A stretch of 64,000 nucleotides of DNA, from NCBI GenBank assembly GCA_963777955.1, contig CAVZSQ010000019.1, positions 256,001 through 320,000 of the forward strand, written 5' to 3'. The position numbers and the translations under genes were made by a program. Shown in pieces: positions 9,045 to 19,791 of this stretch; position 1 is the first letter of the stretch; every line of letters starts with the position of its first letter. A model generated the notes under the pieces. The model was not told the origin of the DNA. It searched no databases and was given only the letters and a program-made list of their open reading frames with translations. Origin of the DNA: Calditrichia bacterium. GTDB lineage: Bacteria > Calditrichota > Calditrichia > JAJRVZ01.

Positions 9045-10253
9045 TCATTCCTGTCCCGTAAAATAATCTTCAAAATGTTTTTGCAATCCGGTAAAATAAG
9101 CAGCATCATTGTTTGTTTGATTGATGATGCCCTGAACGAATTCTGCAGAACCGCCCCCCTTTAACGATAATGCCTGGCCATGCTTGCTGAGGAACCCCAG
9201 TACGTTTTGGTTATGTGCAGCAGGAGAGCGCATGGTGAAGTTCAGTTGTTGAGGGGGTTCGCCGCTGGCGATAAAACAGGGTTTATTATTCTTTTCCAGC
9301 CAGAAACCGCTCAATTTACCTGCCTGTTCACTCGTCGTCAGATCTGCGATCTTAAAGAAACCGCAGGAACTGCCGGTATGCAGTTCACCGGCATAGGCCC
9401 GCAACCATTTTTCGGTAACAGTTTTCAATTGCCTGTTCAACTCCCGCTGTTCATCCAGCAGCGTTTGTACCCGCGGAGACAGGTCATCGATTTCCATACT
9501 GAGCAGGGTGCACAACCGTTGGGCCTGATCATTCAGTTTGGCATAATATTCATAAGCCGGCCGTCCTATTTTGCTCTGCACACGGATGTGCTTGCGAATT
9601 TTTTCAATACCGATGATTTTAATTAAACCGATCTCGCCGGTATGCTGAACATGGAGTCCCCCGCAACCGGTACAATCATGCTCCCCGATCTGGATAACCC
9701 GGATGGGATCATCATCCACCTTGATATCGCGCCGTAGATTGTACTGAGTCAGGTCTTCCCGGTAGATCCACATTTGCTTCACCGCTATATTTTGTGCGAC
9801 AATCCCGTTGGCATGTTCTTCAGCTGACCGCAATTTTTCGGGAGTAATGCCGGGGGTATTCAACTCGATCAATGTATTTTCACTGCCCAGGTGTACCGAA
9901 ACGGTTTCCAGTTTAAAAAGCCGGCTGAAACTTGCTGAAAGCACATGCTGGCCGGAGTGCTGACGCATATTATCATAGCGATAATTCCAGTCCAGTTTCA
10001 TCTCCACGGCCGGCGGTAATTTTTCCATCAGCAGGTGCCAAACGGTTTCTCCATCTTTTTGTACATCCCGCACTTCATAACCATTGATCCAGCCGCGATC
10101 TGCAGACTGGCCCCCGCCCTGCGGATAAAAAATGGTCTGTTGAAAGGCGAACCAGTTGCCGCGTTCATCCTGTTTCTGATCGATAACATTCGTTTGTAAC
10201 TGTAGTAAGTAAGGTTCTGAAAAATACAGCAATTTTTTCCGGTACTCCTGCAT
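9045..10253 (-). CDS. Alanyl-tRNA editing protein, AlaX-L type (with C-terminal DHHA1-like region)
   Basis: FYPQGGGQ, MRQHSGQHVLS (HxxxH) and CGGLH (CxxxH) zinc motifs, C-terminal KGGGS. Start is ATG 10253 or TTG 10289. Confidence 0.85.
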   Translation of the reverse strand: MQEYRKKLLYFSEPYLLQLQTNVIDQKQDERGNWFAFQQTIFYPQGGGQSADRGWINGYEVRDVQKDGETVWHLLMEKLPPAVEMKLDWNYRYDNMRQHSGQHVLSASFSRLFKLETVSVHLGSENTLIELNTPGITPEKLRSAEEHANGIVAQNIAVKQMWIYREDLTQYNLRRDIKVDDDPIRVIQIGEHDCTGCGGLHVQHTGEIGLIKIIGIEKIRKHIRVQSKIGRPAYEYYAKLNDQAQRLCTLLSMEIDDLSPRVQTLLDEQRELNRQLKTVTEKWLRAYAGELHTGSSCGFFKIADLTTSEQAGKLSGFWLEKNNKPCFIASGEPPQQLNFTMRSPAAHNQNVLGFLSKHGQALSLKGGGSAEFVQGIINQTNNDAAYFTGLQKHFEDYFTGQE

Positions 10254-10281
10254 CGGTAAAATTTGCTCCGGCGTAATAACG

Positions 10282-11698
10282 TCAGTCAAGTTTGAAATAC
10301 CTGCGGTAGTTAATTTTAAATCCCTGCGGATGATACTCTCCCGTTTCCCTGGATACCTCGTATCTGCCTTTATATTTATTGGCCGCAATCAATTGCAGGA
10401 GATCGATCATTCGGTCTACCTCGGATTTTGTATTATACATCCCGAAACTGATCCGTACCGCGCCCGGGATGGTACGGCGATCATGATGCAGGATATTTTC
10501 TTCCAGGACCTGGGATTGTTCGATGGTTACCCCCAGCAGGCATTTCACATAAGGGTGGGCACAGAAGCAGCCTGTACGTACGCCAATTCCCCCTTCATAA
10601 TTGAGAATAGCCCCTACCAGTGCATGGGATTTATCCTGCAGGTTAAACGATATTACCCCCAAACGTTTTTGTACACTTTTTTCATCCACCGAACCATAAA
10701 TCGTAATTCCCGGGATCTGTTTTAATTTTTTCAGTGTATAGGCGGTAAGTTCGGCTTCATGCCTGGCAATTTTTTTCAGACCAATCTTCTGTACAACCCG
10801 TAAGGCCTTAGCCAGGGCGATCGCACCGGCGACGTTGGGTGTGCCAGCTTCTTCTTTCTCCGGCGCATCGGTCCAATAAGCATAATCGTCGGAGACCAGG
10901 GCCACGGTGCCCCCGCCCACCATATCCGGATCCCCTTCCTTGAAGGTATCGCGGTCGGTAATCAGCACCCCGAGTCCAAACGGGGCATAGATTTTATGAG
11001 CGGAAAATGCCAGAAAATCAATATGCCGGGGATGGCCAACCGGTTTAATATCGATCGCGCGATGCGGCACCAGTTGGGCGGCATCAATCATAATTTTGGC
11101 ACCATAGCGATGTCCCGTTTCCGCAATTGCTTCCAGATCGTTAATATAGCCGGTTACATTGGAGGCAGCGGTCATGGCCACCATACCTACCCGACCTTTG
11201 TTTTCTTCCAGTTTGGCGATAAAATCATGCCAGTCCAGACGACCCAGACTGTCTACATTGACATGAATTACCGGCCGCCGGAATCTCCAGGGCAGGTCAT
11301 TGGAGTGGTGCTCCATTTTGGAGACAAGAATAACCGAATGTTCGGGCAGGGGCACGCGGTGAGCCAGTTTATTGATCGCCTCTGTACCGTTTTTACCGAA
11401 GATGACCAGATGATCCCGGGTGTTGATCCGGAAAAATTCAGCTCACAATTTCCCTGGCCATTTCAAAATAATGCGTGCTTAGTAATGATTTGAATCCGGT
11501 ACCGCGATGTATATTAGAATACCATTCCATAAATTCGTTTAAAGTATCCAGCACCGGTTGCAGGGTAGGCGTACTGGCGGCATTATCCAGGTATACATAG
11601 GGCACATGTTTTCCGTTCAATAAAGGGACTTTCTTATTGATACCCACAACCTGCCGGCGAATATTCGTTAAATTCAGATTCTGTCGGGTGGTTTTCAC
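10282..11698 (-). CDS. Class V PLP aminotransferase / cysteine desulfurase-like protein (one apparent frameshift near 11443)
   Basis: YLDNAASTP and NIHRG in the 5' part; DAAQ, SAHKIYAP, EAGTP and VRTGCFCAHPY in the 3' part. Removing one base joins them. Confidence 0.85.
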
Positions 11699-11715
11699 GG
11701 GAACACTTCTTGTCT

Positions 11716-12283
11716 TTATCTAAACATTTTAGCGCGTATTACAAAAATCAGAGCCAGCGCGACTATTACTATAAAGGTACTTCTTTCGCTTCTGAGGGCA
11801 CCCGCAAAATCGGGTCGTACATTACTTCGCTGCGGGTAAGGGGACAACCTGGGTAAAAAACGAGGCACCGCTTCCCGGTAGTGAGCAAATTTTTCGCCAA
11901 ATAGTTCTCTTAATTTTTTTTCTTCTACTTTAATGATCAGTATATATTGCAGTGAAAAAAAGAAAATTGCCAGATACAGTAAGTAAGGCAAACATCCACC
12001 GAAGGCAATCACCACCCCGCAGTACATAAAGATATTCCCCAAATATAGCGGGTTACGCAAATGAGCATAAGGACCGTTGCTGACCAGTTCCGGTGCCCCG
12101 ACTTTTCTGGTCCGCGTTGCCGGGCCCGCATAACTTACACCCCATAAACGCAAGAGTTCACCCCACAGGATAAGCAGCAATCCAAGATTGATTAATCCCA
12201 GGCTCAGGTTGCTGATATATCACTGCGATCACAAAAAATGGTATGGGGGTGTAACCCCGGATTTTAAATAATATTTCACCCAT
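11716..12283 (-). CDS. ICMT/PEMT-family membrane methyltransferase (apparent frameshift near 12200)
   Basis: LVSNGPYAHLRNPLYLGN, EEKKL..FG...Y...VPRF. The true N-terminus MGEILFKIRGYTPIPF starts at ATG 12283 in another frame. Confidence 0.8.
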
Positions 12284-13316
12284 TTTTCAAAACCGACCTT
12301 TCTTTCACTACCCGGGTATGTTCATCAATTTTTGCCAAAACCTGGTTGGCCAGATGCAAGGCAGCCAATCCGTCTTCCCCGCTTACTACTGTTGCGGTAC
12401 CGGAGATAATGCTCTCCAGGAATCGGGTCAATTCATACTTTAATGGATTTATACCGCTCTTCTGTAAACGGTTATATTTTATTTCTTTCATGTCAGCGCC
12501 GCTGCCTATCTGTCCCAGGTTGAATGCCAGTGTTCCATCATTGAAAGTTTTTTGCCCACCCTGGGCACCCCCCTGCGGAATAAAATAGATCTCCGAGAAT
12601 CCGTCGACAAAATCCAGGGAAATATAGCTATTGGGTTGGAAGATACGCATTTTTCGCATTTTTTTTGCTGAAATCCTGCTGGCGGTAATATTAGCCACAC
12701 AACCGTTTTCGAATTGCAGCCGGGCATTGGCAATATCAATTGTATCCGAAATAACGTTCACACCACTGGCCGCAATATTAACCGGTTTGCTTTTAACCAG
12801 CGCCAGGATCAGATCCAGATCGTGGATCATCAGATCCAGAATCACGGCCACATCAGTACCACGCAGATTGAATGGTGCCAGGCGATGGGATTCAATAAAT
12901 AAAGGATTAATATCCACATCGGCCAGGGCCAGCACCGCAGGATTAAACCGTTCAATATGTCCTACCTGCAAGAGCTTCCCCTTTTCCCGGGATAAAGTAA
13001 TTAATTGTTCGGCTTCACTTTCTGCTGCACAGATCGGTTTTTCGATGAACAGGTGACAATTATGCTGTAAGGCCTGCATAGCCGTTTCAAAATGTGCGGA
13101 AGTAGGCGTGACGATGCTTACAGCATCCACCTGTTCCAGTAACTTTTCTCTCTCCTTAAATACTGCCAGATTTAATTCGGCACCTACCCGCTCCGCGATC
13201 GACTGATCCAGATCATGTACACCCACCACTTCGGCCAGATCGATTTCTTTTAACAGGGCAGCATGTAATTTTCCCAGATGACCGACACCCAGTATGCCAA
13301 CTTTAATTTTATTCAT
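12276..13316 (-). CDS. Gfo/Idh/MocA oxidoreductase, GnnA-like (UDP-GlcNAc 3-dehydrogenase-like)
   Basis: GVGHLG Rossmann motif, EKP, QVGHIERFNP, HRLAPF..RGTDVAVILDLMIHDLD, ANARLQFENGCVANITASRIS. Confidence 0.8.
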   Translation of the reverse strand: MNKIKVGILGVGHLGKLHAALLKEIDLAEVVGVHDLDQSIAERVGAELNLAVFKEREKLLEQVDAVSIVTPTSAHFETAMQALQHNCHLFIEKPICAAESEAEQLITLSREKGKLLQVGHIERFNPAVLALADVDINPLFIESHRLAPFNLRGTDVAVILDLMIHDLDLILALVKSKPVNIAASGVNVISDTIDIANARLQFENGCVANITASRISAKKMRKMRIFQPNSYISLDFVDGFSEIYFIPQGGAQGGQKTFNDGTLAFNLGQIGSGADMKEIKYNRLQKSGINPLKYELTRFLESIISGTATVVSGEDGLAALHLANQVLAKIDEHTRVVKERSVLKNG

Positions 13317-14601
13317 GTTTACTTTCCTCAAAATCTTCTATTGCGGATAATTTATAATTTTCATCTTTGTCTTCATCTACGAAAGTAACTTTTTTCTTTA
13401 ACGAACGGTAATACCAGATTTCATATGGTTTACCACTGGTTGAATACCGGTTAGTTTCCACACTGTCCGGTATACCCTGAGACAGCAGCGCATATCCCCG
13501 GTCGGTTTGCCACCCCTCAACAAAGCGCAAACCATATCTGGAATTTGCCATATCCACCCGGCGATAAAATTCATACTGGATTTCATTCAGAGGAGTTCCC
13601 GGTGTCGGATCCTTCCCTCGCCAGTAATCGTCAAACCACTTTTTTTTGTCTTGTGCAGACAGATCTTCCATCCTGTCCCACTCAGCTGCAGGCATGATCG
13701 CTTCAAGCGGGCGCAGGGCCAGACCGAATTCATACAGATAGACCGGTTTTTCATACCAGATCACCAGAAATTCTTTTTGCACCAGAATTGAATTTTTACC
13801 TGATTCGATTTTGTAACGCAGCAAATGCCGGCCTTCTTTCAGCACGTTTTTATCTATCCATTCTCTGAATACTGCCAGGCCCGGTTTGGGAGAAATATGA
13901 TAGGTTTGATTTTTAATAATTATCTCCTGCGGACCCGGTTGTTCTACAAGTTGCGAGACGATTAAAAGGGAATCCGGCTCCTTCCGGCCAATATAAAAAT
14001 TCGCCAAAAACGGCTGGTCAAATTCGATAATGGGTATTTGCCCGGCGATAGGGATCTCTGCACTCAAACTATCACGCGTTGAAAGCAATTTAATCTCTGA
14101 AACGGTAATTGGATTTTTTTGAAGACTGGGAATGGTTAATTTGCTTTTTAAGATCGAAATCCTGCGCGTTGCCTGATCGGTGAGCTCCAGAAAAAAGATA
14201 TAAATCCCCTCCGGCAGCGGCAGATTGAATACCTTATCATCGTTATGAAAAATCCGGGAGGAGTTAGTTCTTTCGAAGTGTGATTCCGTTATGGATTCTT
14301 TCCAACTGGTTGAAAAAACCGGAGCGGCGGCTTCATTTTCCCTGATTAAAACAGAGATATCATAACTGGCCTGATAATCATCGTCCACTCTGGTAAACTG
14401 CAACATATCATATTGAATCTTTAAACAGATACACAGTATCGGCTGCCCAGCGGTCTCTGAAAATTTCAGATAGGGATCACAATACAGTCTGGGTTTAACA
14501 TCAATGTCAAATCCATAACGGGTATTCCGACGGCCGGTGTCCTGACCCGGTAAAGACTGGCTGATCAGGAACAAAATCATAAAACATATCACGCGCCGCA
14601 T
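13309..14601 (-). CDS. GWxTD domain-containing exported protein
   Basis: Signal peptide; YW..KDPTPGTPLNE..EFYRRV..AN and GWQTDRG, followed by YEIWYY. Confidence 0.88.
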   Translation of the reverse strand: MRRVICFMILFLISQSLPGQDTGRRNTRYGFDIDVKPRLYCDPYLKFSETAGQPILCICLKIQYDMLQFTRVDDDYQASYDISVLIRENEAAAPVFSTSWKESITESHFERTNSSRIFHNDDKVFNLPLPEGIYIFFLELTDQATRRISILKSKLTIPSLQKNPITVSEIKLLSTRDSLSAEIPIAGQIPIIEFDQPFLANFYIGRKEPDSLLIVSQLVEQPGPQEIIIKNQTYHISPKPGLAVFREWIDKNVLKEGRHLLRYKIESGKNSILVQKEFLVIWYEKPVYLYEFGLALRPLEAIMPAAEWDRMEDLSAQDKKKWFDDYWRGKDPTPGTPLNEIQYEFYRRVDMANSRYGLRFVEGWQTDRGYALLSQGIPDSVETNRYSTSGKPYEIWYYRSLKKKVTFVDEDKDENYKLSAIEDFEESKHE

Positions 14602-14758
14602 ATTTACTCCCTTTTAAAAAATTTAACCAGAATACTTTATCAATGCAAGGATTGAAACCATGCCTGAGAGCAGATAATTTGAACAGCTACACAGTGGAAT
14701 TATAATCGTCGCAATAAACCGGGAAAATTGTCGTAATTAAATAGGCAGTTTTTCCGGA

Positions 14759-15520
14759 TTACCCTGAACTCCGGCAGAATTGATCTTTTAAGGTCTGATA
14801 GGTCGGATCATCTATATAATGGTAAAGAAATAATTTTTCGACAATCCAGCAGCAGCGCCAATATAACCAGCGACTGGTTCCATCGGCGCGAATGCTCAAG
14901 GGCCTGGGGATGACTGCCGTCAGGCGGATCATCTGCTCCAGACTCAATTCGGAAACCGGCACGGCAAAGTAATGCTGCGCCGCAGCTTCCACACCAAAAA
15001 TACCAGGGCCAAATTCGATCACGTTCAGATACAAATGATAGATTCTGGTTTTCGATAATTTCTTTTCCAGCCGGCGGGCAATCAGGTACTCTTTGATCTT
15101 CCGGAATACCGATTTTTCAGTAGAAAGATAAAGGTTTTTGGCCAATTGCTGTGTAATGGTACTGCCACCACGGGAATATTCGCCAGTCTGCCAGTTTTTT
15201 TTCAAAGATTCCTTCAATTCTTCAAAGTCAACCCCTTCGTGTTCAAAGAAACTGGCATCTTCACTGATACGGATGATCTTTTTTAACATATCCGGCACGG
15301 CAGAGTAGGCGACCCACTTTTGCTTGATTACAAATTTAATCCCATTTTCATTTGCTTCGCGGCGTCTTTGCTCTATCAGCGCTGTGGTTTGCGGATTCAC
15401 TTTTTCCAAGTCGGCGGGGTCCGGTAAGGTTACCAACAGCCACAACAGATAAATCACCAGCAGGCCAACGACAGCCAGCAAACCGCCTGATAACCATTTT
15501 TTTATAAATATTTTTCTCAT
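14759..15520 (-). CDS. mtgA: Monofunctional peptidoglycan transglycosylase
   Basis: GT51 motifs EDASFFEHEGVD, GGSTITQQLAKNL, RKIKE, YLNVIEFG; N-terminal TM; no transpeptidase domain. Confidence 0.9.
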   Translation of the reverse strand: MRKIFIKKWLSGGLLAVVGLLVIYLLWLLVTLPDPADLEKVNPQTTALIEQRRREANENGIKFVIKQKWVAYSAVPDMLKKIIRISEDASFFEHEGVDFEELKESLKKNWQTGEYSRGGSTITQQLAKNLYLSTEKSVFRKIKEYLIARRLEKKLSKTRIYHLYLNVIEFGPGIFGVEAAAQHYFAVPVSELSLEQMIRLTAVIPRPLSIRADGTSRWLYWRCCWIVEKLFLYHYIDDPTYQTLKDQFCRSSG

Positions 15521-15556
15521 CTGCTGCTCTTAGCTAAATCTGATCGCTGTTGAAAT

Positions 15557-16554
15557 TTATTCCCGGAAAAGGTCGGCTGCGTAAGGAAAAATACTGAAAA
15601 TCCCGCCGGTGTGCACAAATAGAATATTTTTTGATACAAGCGAGCCTTGCTGCAGCAGAGTTTGCATACCTAACACAGCCTTGGCCGTGTAAACCGGGTC
15701 CAGAATGATCCCCTCCTGCCGGGCAAATTCTTTGATTACCCTGATCTCCGCCTGGTCGAGCAGGCCATACCCCCTGCCTACGAATCCATCGATCACAGCA
15801 ATGTCGTTTTCCGAACATGAGCAGCCATAACCATAATGATCTTTAAAATCCCTGATAATCCCCATTATTTTCCGGCGACAGAAATCGGCATTATTGCATA
15901 CATTGATCGACACAATCTGCAACGAGCTGTCAAACAATAATTTTCCAAGCAGCAATCCGGCATGGGTCCCGCCTGACCCGGTACGCTACGATGACCGTAT
16001 CGATCGGCAGGGATTGATCCCGTATCTGCGTTAAAATCTCTGCAAAACACTTAATATAGCCCCAGATCCCGAGGTGATTGGACCCGCCTTCAGGGATACA
16101 GTATCCTTTTTTTCCTTTTACCTGCAAATCCGCCGCCTGTTCCGCCATCAGTGCATCGATCTGTTCATACTCCCGGGCAGTTACCGGAATTATATCCGAT
16201 TGCAGCAGTTTATTGAGCAACATATTGCCAGCGGGAATCCCTGCCCGCCGTCGAAGGTCTTTTGAGAAATAAAACCGGTTTCAGGCCAAGTTTAACAGCC
16301 ATAAAAGCAGCCGTACGACAATGATTTGATTGAACACTGCCGCAGGTTAAAATATGGGTGGCTTCTTGTTGAATTGCATCGTTTAACAGGAACTCTAATT
16401 TCCGCACTTTATTTCCGCTGACTTCCAGACCGGTCAGGTCATCGCGTTTAATCCAGATCGAAATACCGGAATTCTTTGCCCAGCTGGCTTTAAGCGGTGA
16501 AATAGGTGTAGGTAAATTTGATAATATTATAGATTTGGGAAAAGATATATTCAT
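15557..16554 (-). CDS. D-cysteine desulfhydrase family PLP enzyme (two apparent frameshifts, ~16240 and ~15970)
   Basis: KRDD, SGNKVRKLE, QSNHCR, PEGGS, DPVYTAKA and HTGG spread over three consecutive ORF fragments. Confidence 0.85.
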
Positions 16555-16582
16555 CTATTTTCTCTGAATACCAATCCACCTT

Positions 16583-16999
16583 TTAATTCAAGCCTTCATC
16601 GATCCAGATTTTGACGCCATTGCTGTTATTGGTATTGAGATAAGGTCCATCCAGAGGCATGCGCGGTTTATCCAGATATGCTGCCAGGAGAATTCTGTAC
16701 AGAGCACTATTTTCACCATCGCCGTTGATTACCAAAGGAATATTACCATTGATATAGTGATTAATTATAGCATAGTAATTTGTAAGGTCCAGGCCACCGG
16801 CCTGATCGCTGGTGGAGTGGCAGCCGCTGCGGCTGGTACATTTAGCTACAAGCAGATCCTGGATATTTTTGGCATATGTCAAATTACTGTCCGGTAAAAC
16901 GAATACCCGGTCTTCCGGATTGGTACCGTTATCCTGGCAGGTACTGATGATCACCAGAAGAGATGCCGATAAAAAAATCAACAAATAATACTTTTTCAC
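16583..16999 (-). CDS. Lipoprotein with planctomycete-type cytochrome c-like domain
   Basis: Lipobox-like IISTC, CTSRSGCH, GGLDL, GDGENS.LY, PRMP, IWIDEG. Confidence 0.7.
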   Translation of the reverse strand: MKKYYLLIFLSASLLVIISTCQDNGTNPEDRVFVLPDSNLTYAKNIQDLLVAKCTSRSGCHSTSDQAGGLDLTNYYAIINHYINGNIPLVINGDGENSALYRILLAAYLDKPRMPLDGPYLNTNNSNGVKIWIDEGLN

Positions 17000-17150
17000 C
17001 GGAATATCCTCTCCTTGAAAATGGCTCAGATCATTTAGCAGATTACTTGTTTATGCTTGATAAATCTGGTCAATTTTATTATTTTAAAATTAAAATTGCA
17101 ATTACAAACCTATAAATTCAAGCCATCCATGGATTTACCTAAGGAGATAC

Positions 17151-18665
17151 ATGGGCGATAAGGATGCAGCACGGATTTTGGTCGTAGAAGATCATGCAGA
17201 AATGCTGCAGGTCTTGAAGAAATTTCTGAGTGAACGCGGATTTGAGATTATTGAAGCAGAATCGGGGGAAATTGCTTTAAATCTGATCAACAAGACAAAA
17301 CCTGATATAATATTGTTGGATGTTATGTTACCTGGTATTTCGGGTATTGAGGTCACCCGGCAGGTCAGGACCAACGGATTCAGTGATAATTATATTCCGA
17401 TCATCATGCTGACCGCCAAGAGCGAAATTAAAGATGTGATCAGCGGTCTGGAGGTGGGTGCTGATGATTACATCATTAAGCCTTTCAGTTTCGATGAATT
17501 GATCGCCCGGGTAAACTCCGCGATCCGCATCAAGCGGCTTAATGATAATCTGCGCCTGAAGACGATTGAACTGGCGAATGCCAACCAGAAAATATACCAG
17601 TTGAATCAGGCTTTAATCGAGAAAAATAAAGAGTTACGGAAAAAAATCTATGACCTGCGCAATATTTTTGATATATCGCTGGAATTGCATTCCATACTGG
17701 ATGTAGATAGATTAATTAATTCGACCCTTTTGTCTTTGATTGGCAAGTTCAGTTGTAAAAGCGCTGTTTTTTTTCTATCGGCTAAAAGACATGAACACCG
17801 CCTGGCCGTGATCAATTCAAAAGGTCTATACAAATCAGAAACCGAAAACATGGTGATCCAGAAAAGCGATCCTTTGTTGACGCACCTGGCCGATCACCCC
17901 AATCCCATGCTGTTAAAGGATCTGCCGGTACCGATCAACAAATCGGCAGGTGTACAGGCCTTACAGAAAATTGGTATTGAACTGATCTCGCCTATCTCTT
18001 CTATTCATGAGGGGCAAAAGGCTTTGATCTGTCTGGGTCCGCGGGTCAATAATAATCCTTACACGGACAATGAGATAGAACTATTAATGACCGTCAACAA
18101 TATCGTTTCCATTGCACTCTCCAACGCTGCTCTGTATGATGAAGTCACGGAATTGTCCTATACCGATGGTATGACCGATCTGCATAATTACCGCTATTTT
18201 GAAATGCGTTTACGTGAAGAAGTATTACGGCATGCCCGTACCAAACAAGACGTATCCTTGATCATCATGGATGTGGATTTCTTTAAAAATTATAATGATA
18301 CTCTGGGCCATCAGGCCGGTGATATTGTGCTGAAGAAATTAGGCCATATCCTGAAAGAGACGGTTCGTGAGAACGATATTGTGGCCCGCTACGGCGGTGA
18401 AGAATTTGCCGTGATACTTCCGGGAGTGAGTAAAGAGGGAGTGATCATACTGGCCGAAAGGTTACGGGCCCGGGTGGAGGAAACAGATTTTCCCAATGAA
18501 GAGGTTCAACCTTCCGGCAGTTTGACCATCAGTGTGGGTACCGCTTCTCTGCCTTATGATGCCCAGGATAGTTCAAATTTAATCTACAAAGCAGATACCG
18601 CGTTGTATACTGCAAAACGCAGCGGTCGCAATCGCGTGGTTCAGTATAGTACCGATCTGAAATAG
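17151..18665 (+). CDS. Response-regulator diguanylate cyclase (REC - coiled coil - GAF-like - GGDEF)
   Basis: REC (VEDH, LLDVMLP, KPF); TDGMT.LHN, DVDFFKNYND..GH..GD, RxxD I-site RENDIVARYGGEEF, AD.ALY.AK.SGRN. Confidence 0.92.
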   Translation: MGDKDAARILVVEDHAEMLQVLKKFLSERGFEIIEAESGEIALNLINKTKPDIILLDVMLPGISGIEVTRQVRTNGFSDNYIPIIMLTAKSEIKDVISGLEVGADDYIIKPFSFDELIARVNSAIRIKRLNDNLRLKTIELANANQKIYQLNQALIEKNKELRKKIYDLRNIFDISLELHSILDVDRLINSTLLSLIGKFSCKSAVFFLSAKRHEHRLAVINSKGLYKSETENMVIQKSDPLLTHLADHPNPMLLKDLPVPINKSAGVQALQKIGIELISPISSIHEGQKALICLGPRVNNNPYTDNEIELLMTVNNIVSIALSNAALYDEVTELSYTDGMTDLHNYRYFEMRLREEVLRHARTKQDVSLIIMDVDFFKNYNDTLGHQAGDIVLKKLGHILKETVRENDIVARYGGEEFAVILPGVSKEGVIILAERLRARVEETDFPNEEVQPSGSLTISVGTASLPYDAQDSSNLIYKADTALYTAKRSGRNRVVQYSTDLK

Positions 18666-18669
18666 GTCA

Positions 18670-19791
18670 ATGAAAATAGGAATAACTTGTTATCCAACCT
18701 ACGGGGGCAGTGGAGTAGTGGCTACCGAGCTGGGCAAACGCCTGGCCCTGCTTGGTGAGGAAGTTCATTTTATTTCCTATGCCCTGCCCTATCGTTTAAG
18801 CACCTTTACAGCCAATATATTTTTCCACGAGGTTGACGTTTTACATTATCCGTTATTTCAGTATCCGCCCTATACTCTCTCCCTGGCCTCCAAGATGGTG
18901 GAAGTCGCCGAACGGCATCAACTGGATCTGTTGCATGTGCATTATGCTATTCCCCATGCCACCAGTGCTTATCTGGCCCAGCAGATGCTGGCCAGCCGGA
19001 AGTTAAAATACATCACCACCCTGCATGGCACAGACATTACCCTGATCGGCAGTGATCCTTCCTTTTTTAATATCACCAAATTCAGTATAGAAAACAGCAG
19101 CGGTATTACGGCTGTTTCACAGTATTTGAAAAACGAAACTGAGCATGTCTTTAAATTGAAAAAAAATATTGAAGTAATTTATAACTTTATTCCCATTGAA
19201 ATTTCGGTTTCTGCCGACAGAAAAAAACTGCGAAAAAATTTTGCCGGGGATGATGAATATGTTCTGACCCACATTTCCAATTTTCGTCCTTTAAAGCGCG
19301 TTACCGATCTGGTACCCATTATCAAAAAAGTGTCCCAACATAAAAAAGTAAAATTGCTGATGGTGGGTGACGGACCTGAGCGGTATAAAACCGAAGAACA
19401 GTGCCGCCGGGAAAACATATGTCAGCAGGTTTTCTTTTTAGGAAAACTGGAAAATATCCAGGACATTCTGGCCATTTCTGATCTGGTACTTATTCCCAGC
19501 GCCTCGGAAAGTTTTGGACTGGTAGCCCTGGAGGCTCTGGCTTTTGGTGTTCCCTGTGTATCGACCAATGCCGGCGGATTGCCGGAAGTCAATCGTCACG
19601 GGGAAACCGGTTTCACGGTAAACATCGGTGATCTGGATGCTTTTGCCGAGGCAATTTTAAACATTTTATCCGATCCAGCATTAGCCCGGGCCATGTCGCA
19701 GCGTGGCCGTGAGGTTGCTGTAACTGAATTTTCAGCGGCAAAAATTATTCCACAGTATCTGAAATATTATAAAAAGATTTTAAGTGCCTGA
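18670..19791 (+). CDS. bshA: N-acetyl-alpha-D-glucosaminyl L-malate synthase
   Basis: MKIGITCYPTYGGSGVVATELG, HVHYAIPHA, TTLHGTDITL, HISNFRPLKR, ESFGLVALEA. Confidence 0.95.
   Translation: MKIGITCYPTYGGSGVVATELGKRLALLGEEVHFISYALPYRLSTFTANIFFHEVDVLHYPLFQYPPYTLSLASKMVEVAERHQLDLLHVHYAIPHATSAYLAQQMLASRKLKYITTLHGTDITLIGSDPSFFNITKFSIENSSGITAVSQYLKNETEHVFKLKKNIEVIYNFIPIEISVSADRKKLRKNFAGDDEYVLTHISNFRPLKRVTDLVPIIKKVSQHKKVKLLMVGDGPERYKTEEQCRRENICQQVFFLGKLENIQDILAISDLVLIPSASESFGLVALEALAFGVPCVSTNAGGLPEVNRHGETGFTVNIGDLDAFAEAILNILSDPALARAMSQRGREVAVTEFSAAKIIPQYLKYYKKILSA

Noticed and set aside
15557..16554. ACC deaminase
   Set aside because: It has DPVYTAK and HTGG rather than the DPVYEGK and HLGG residues diagnostic of true ACC deaminase.
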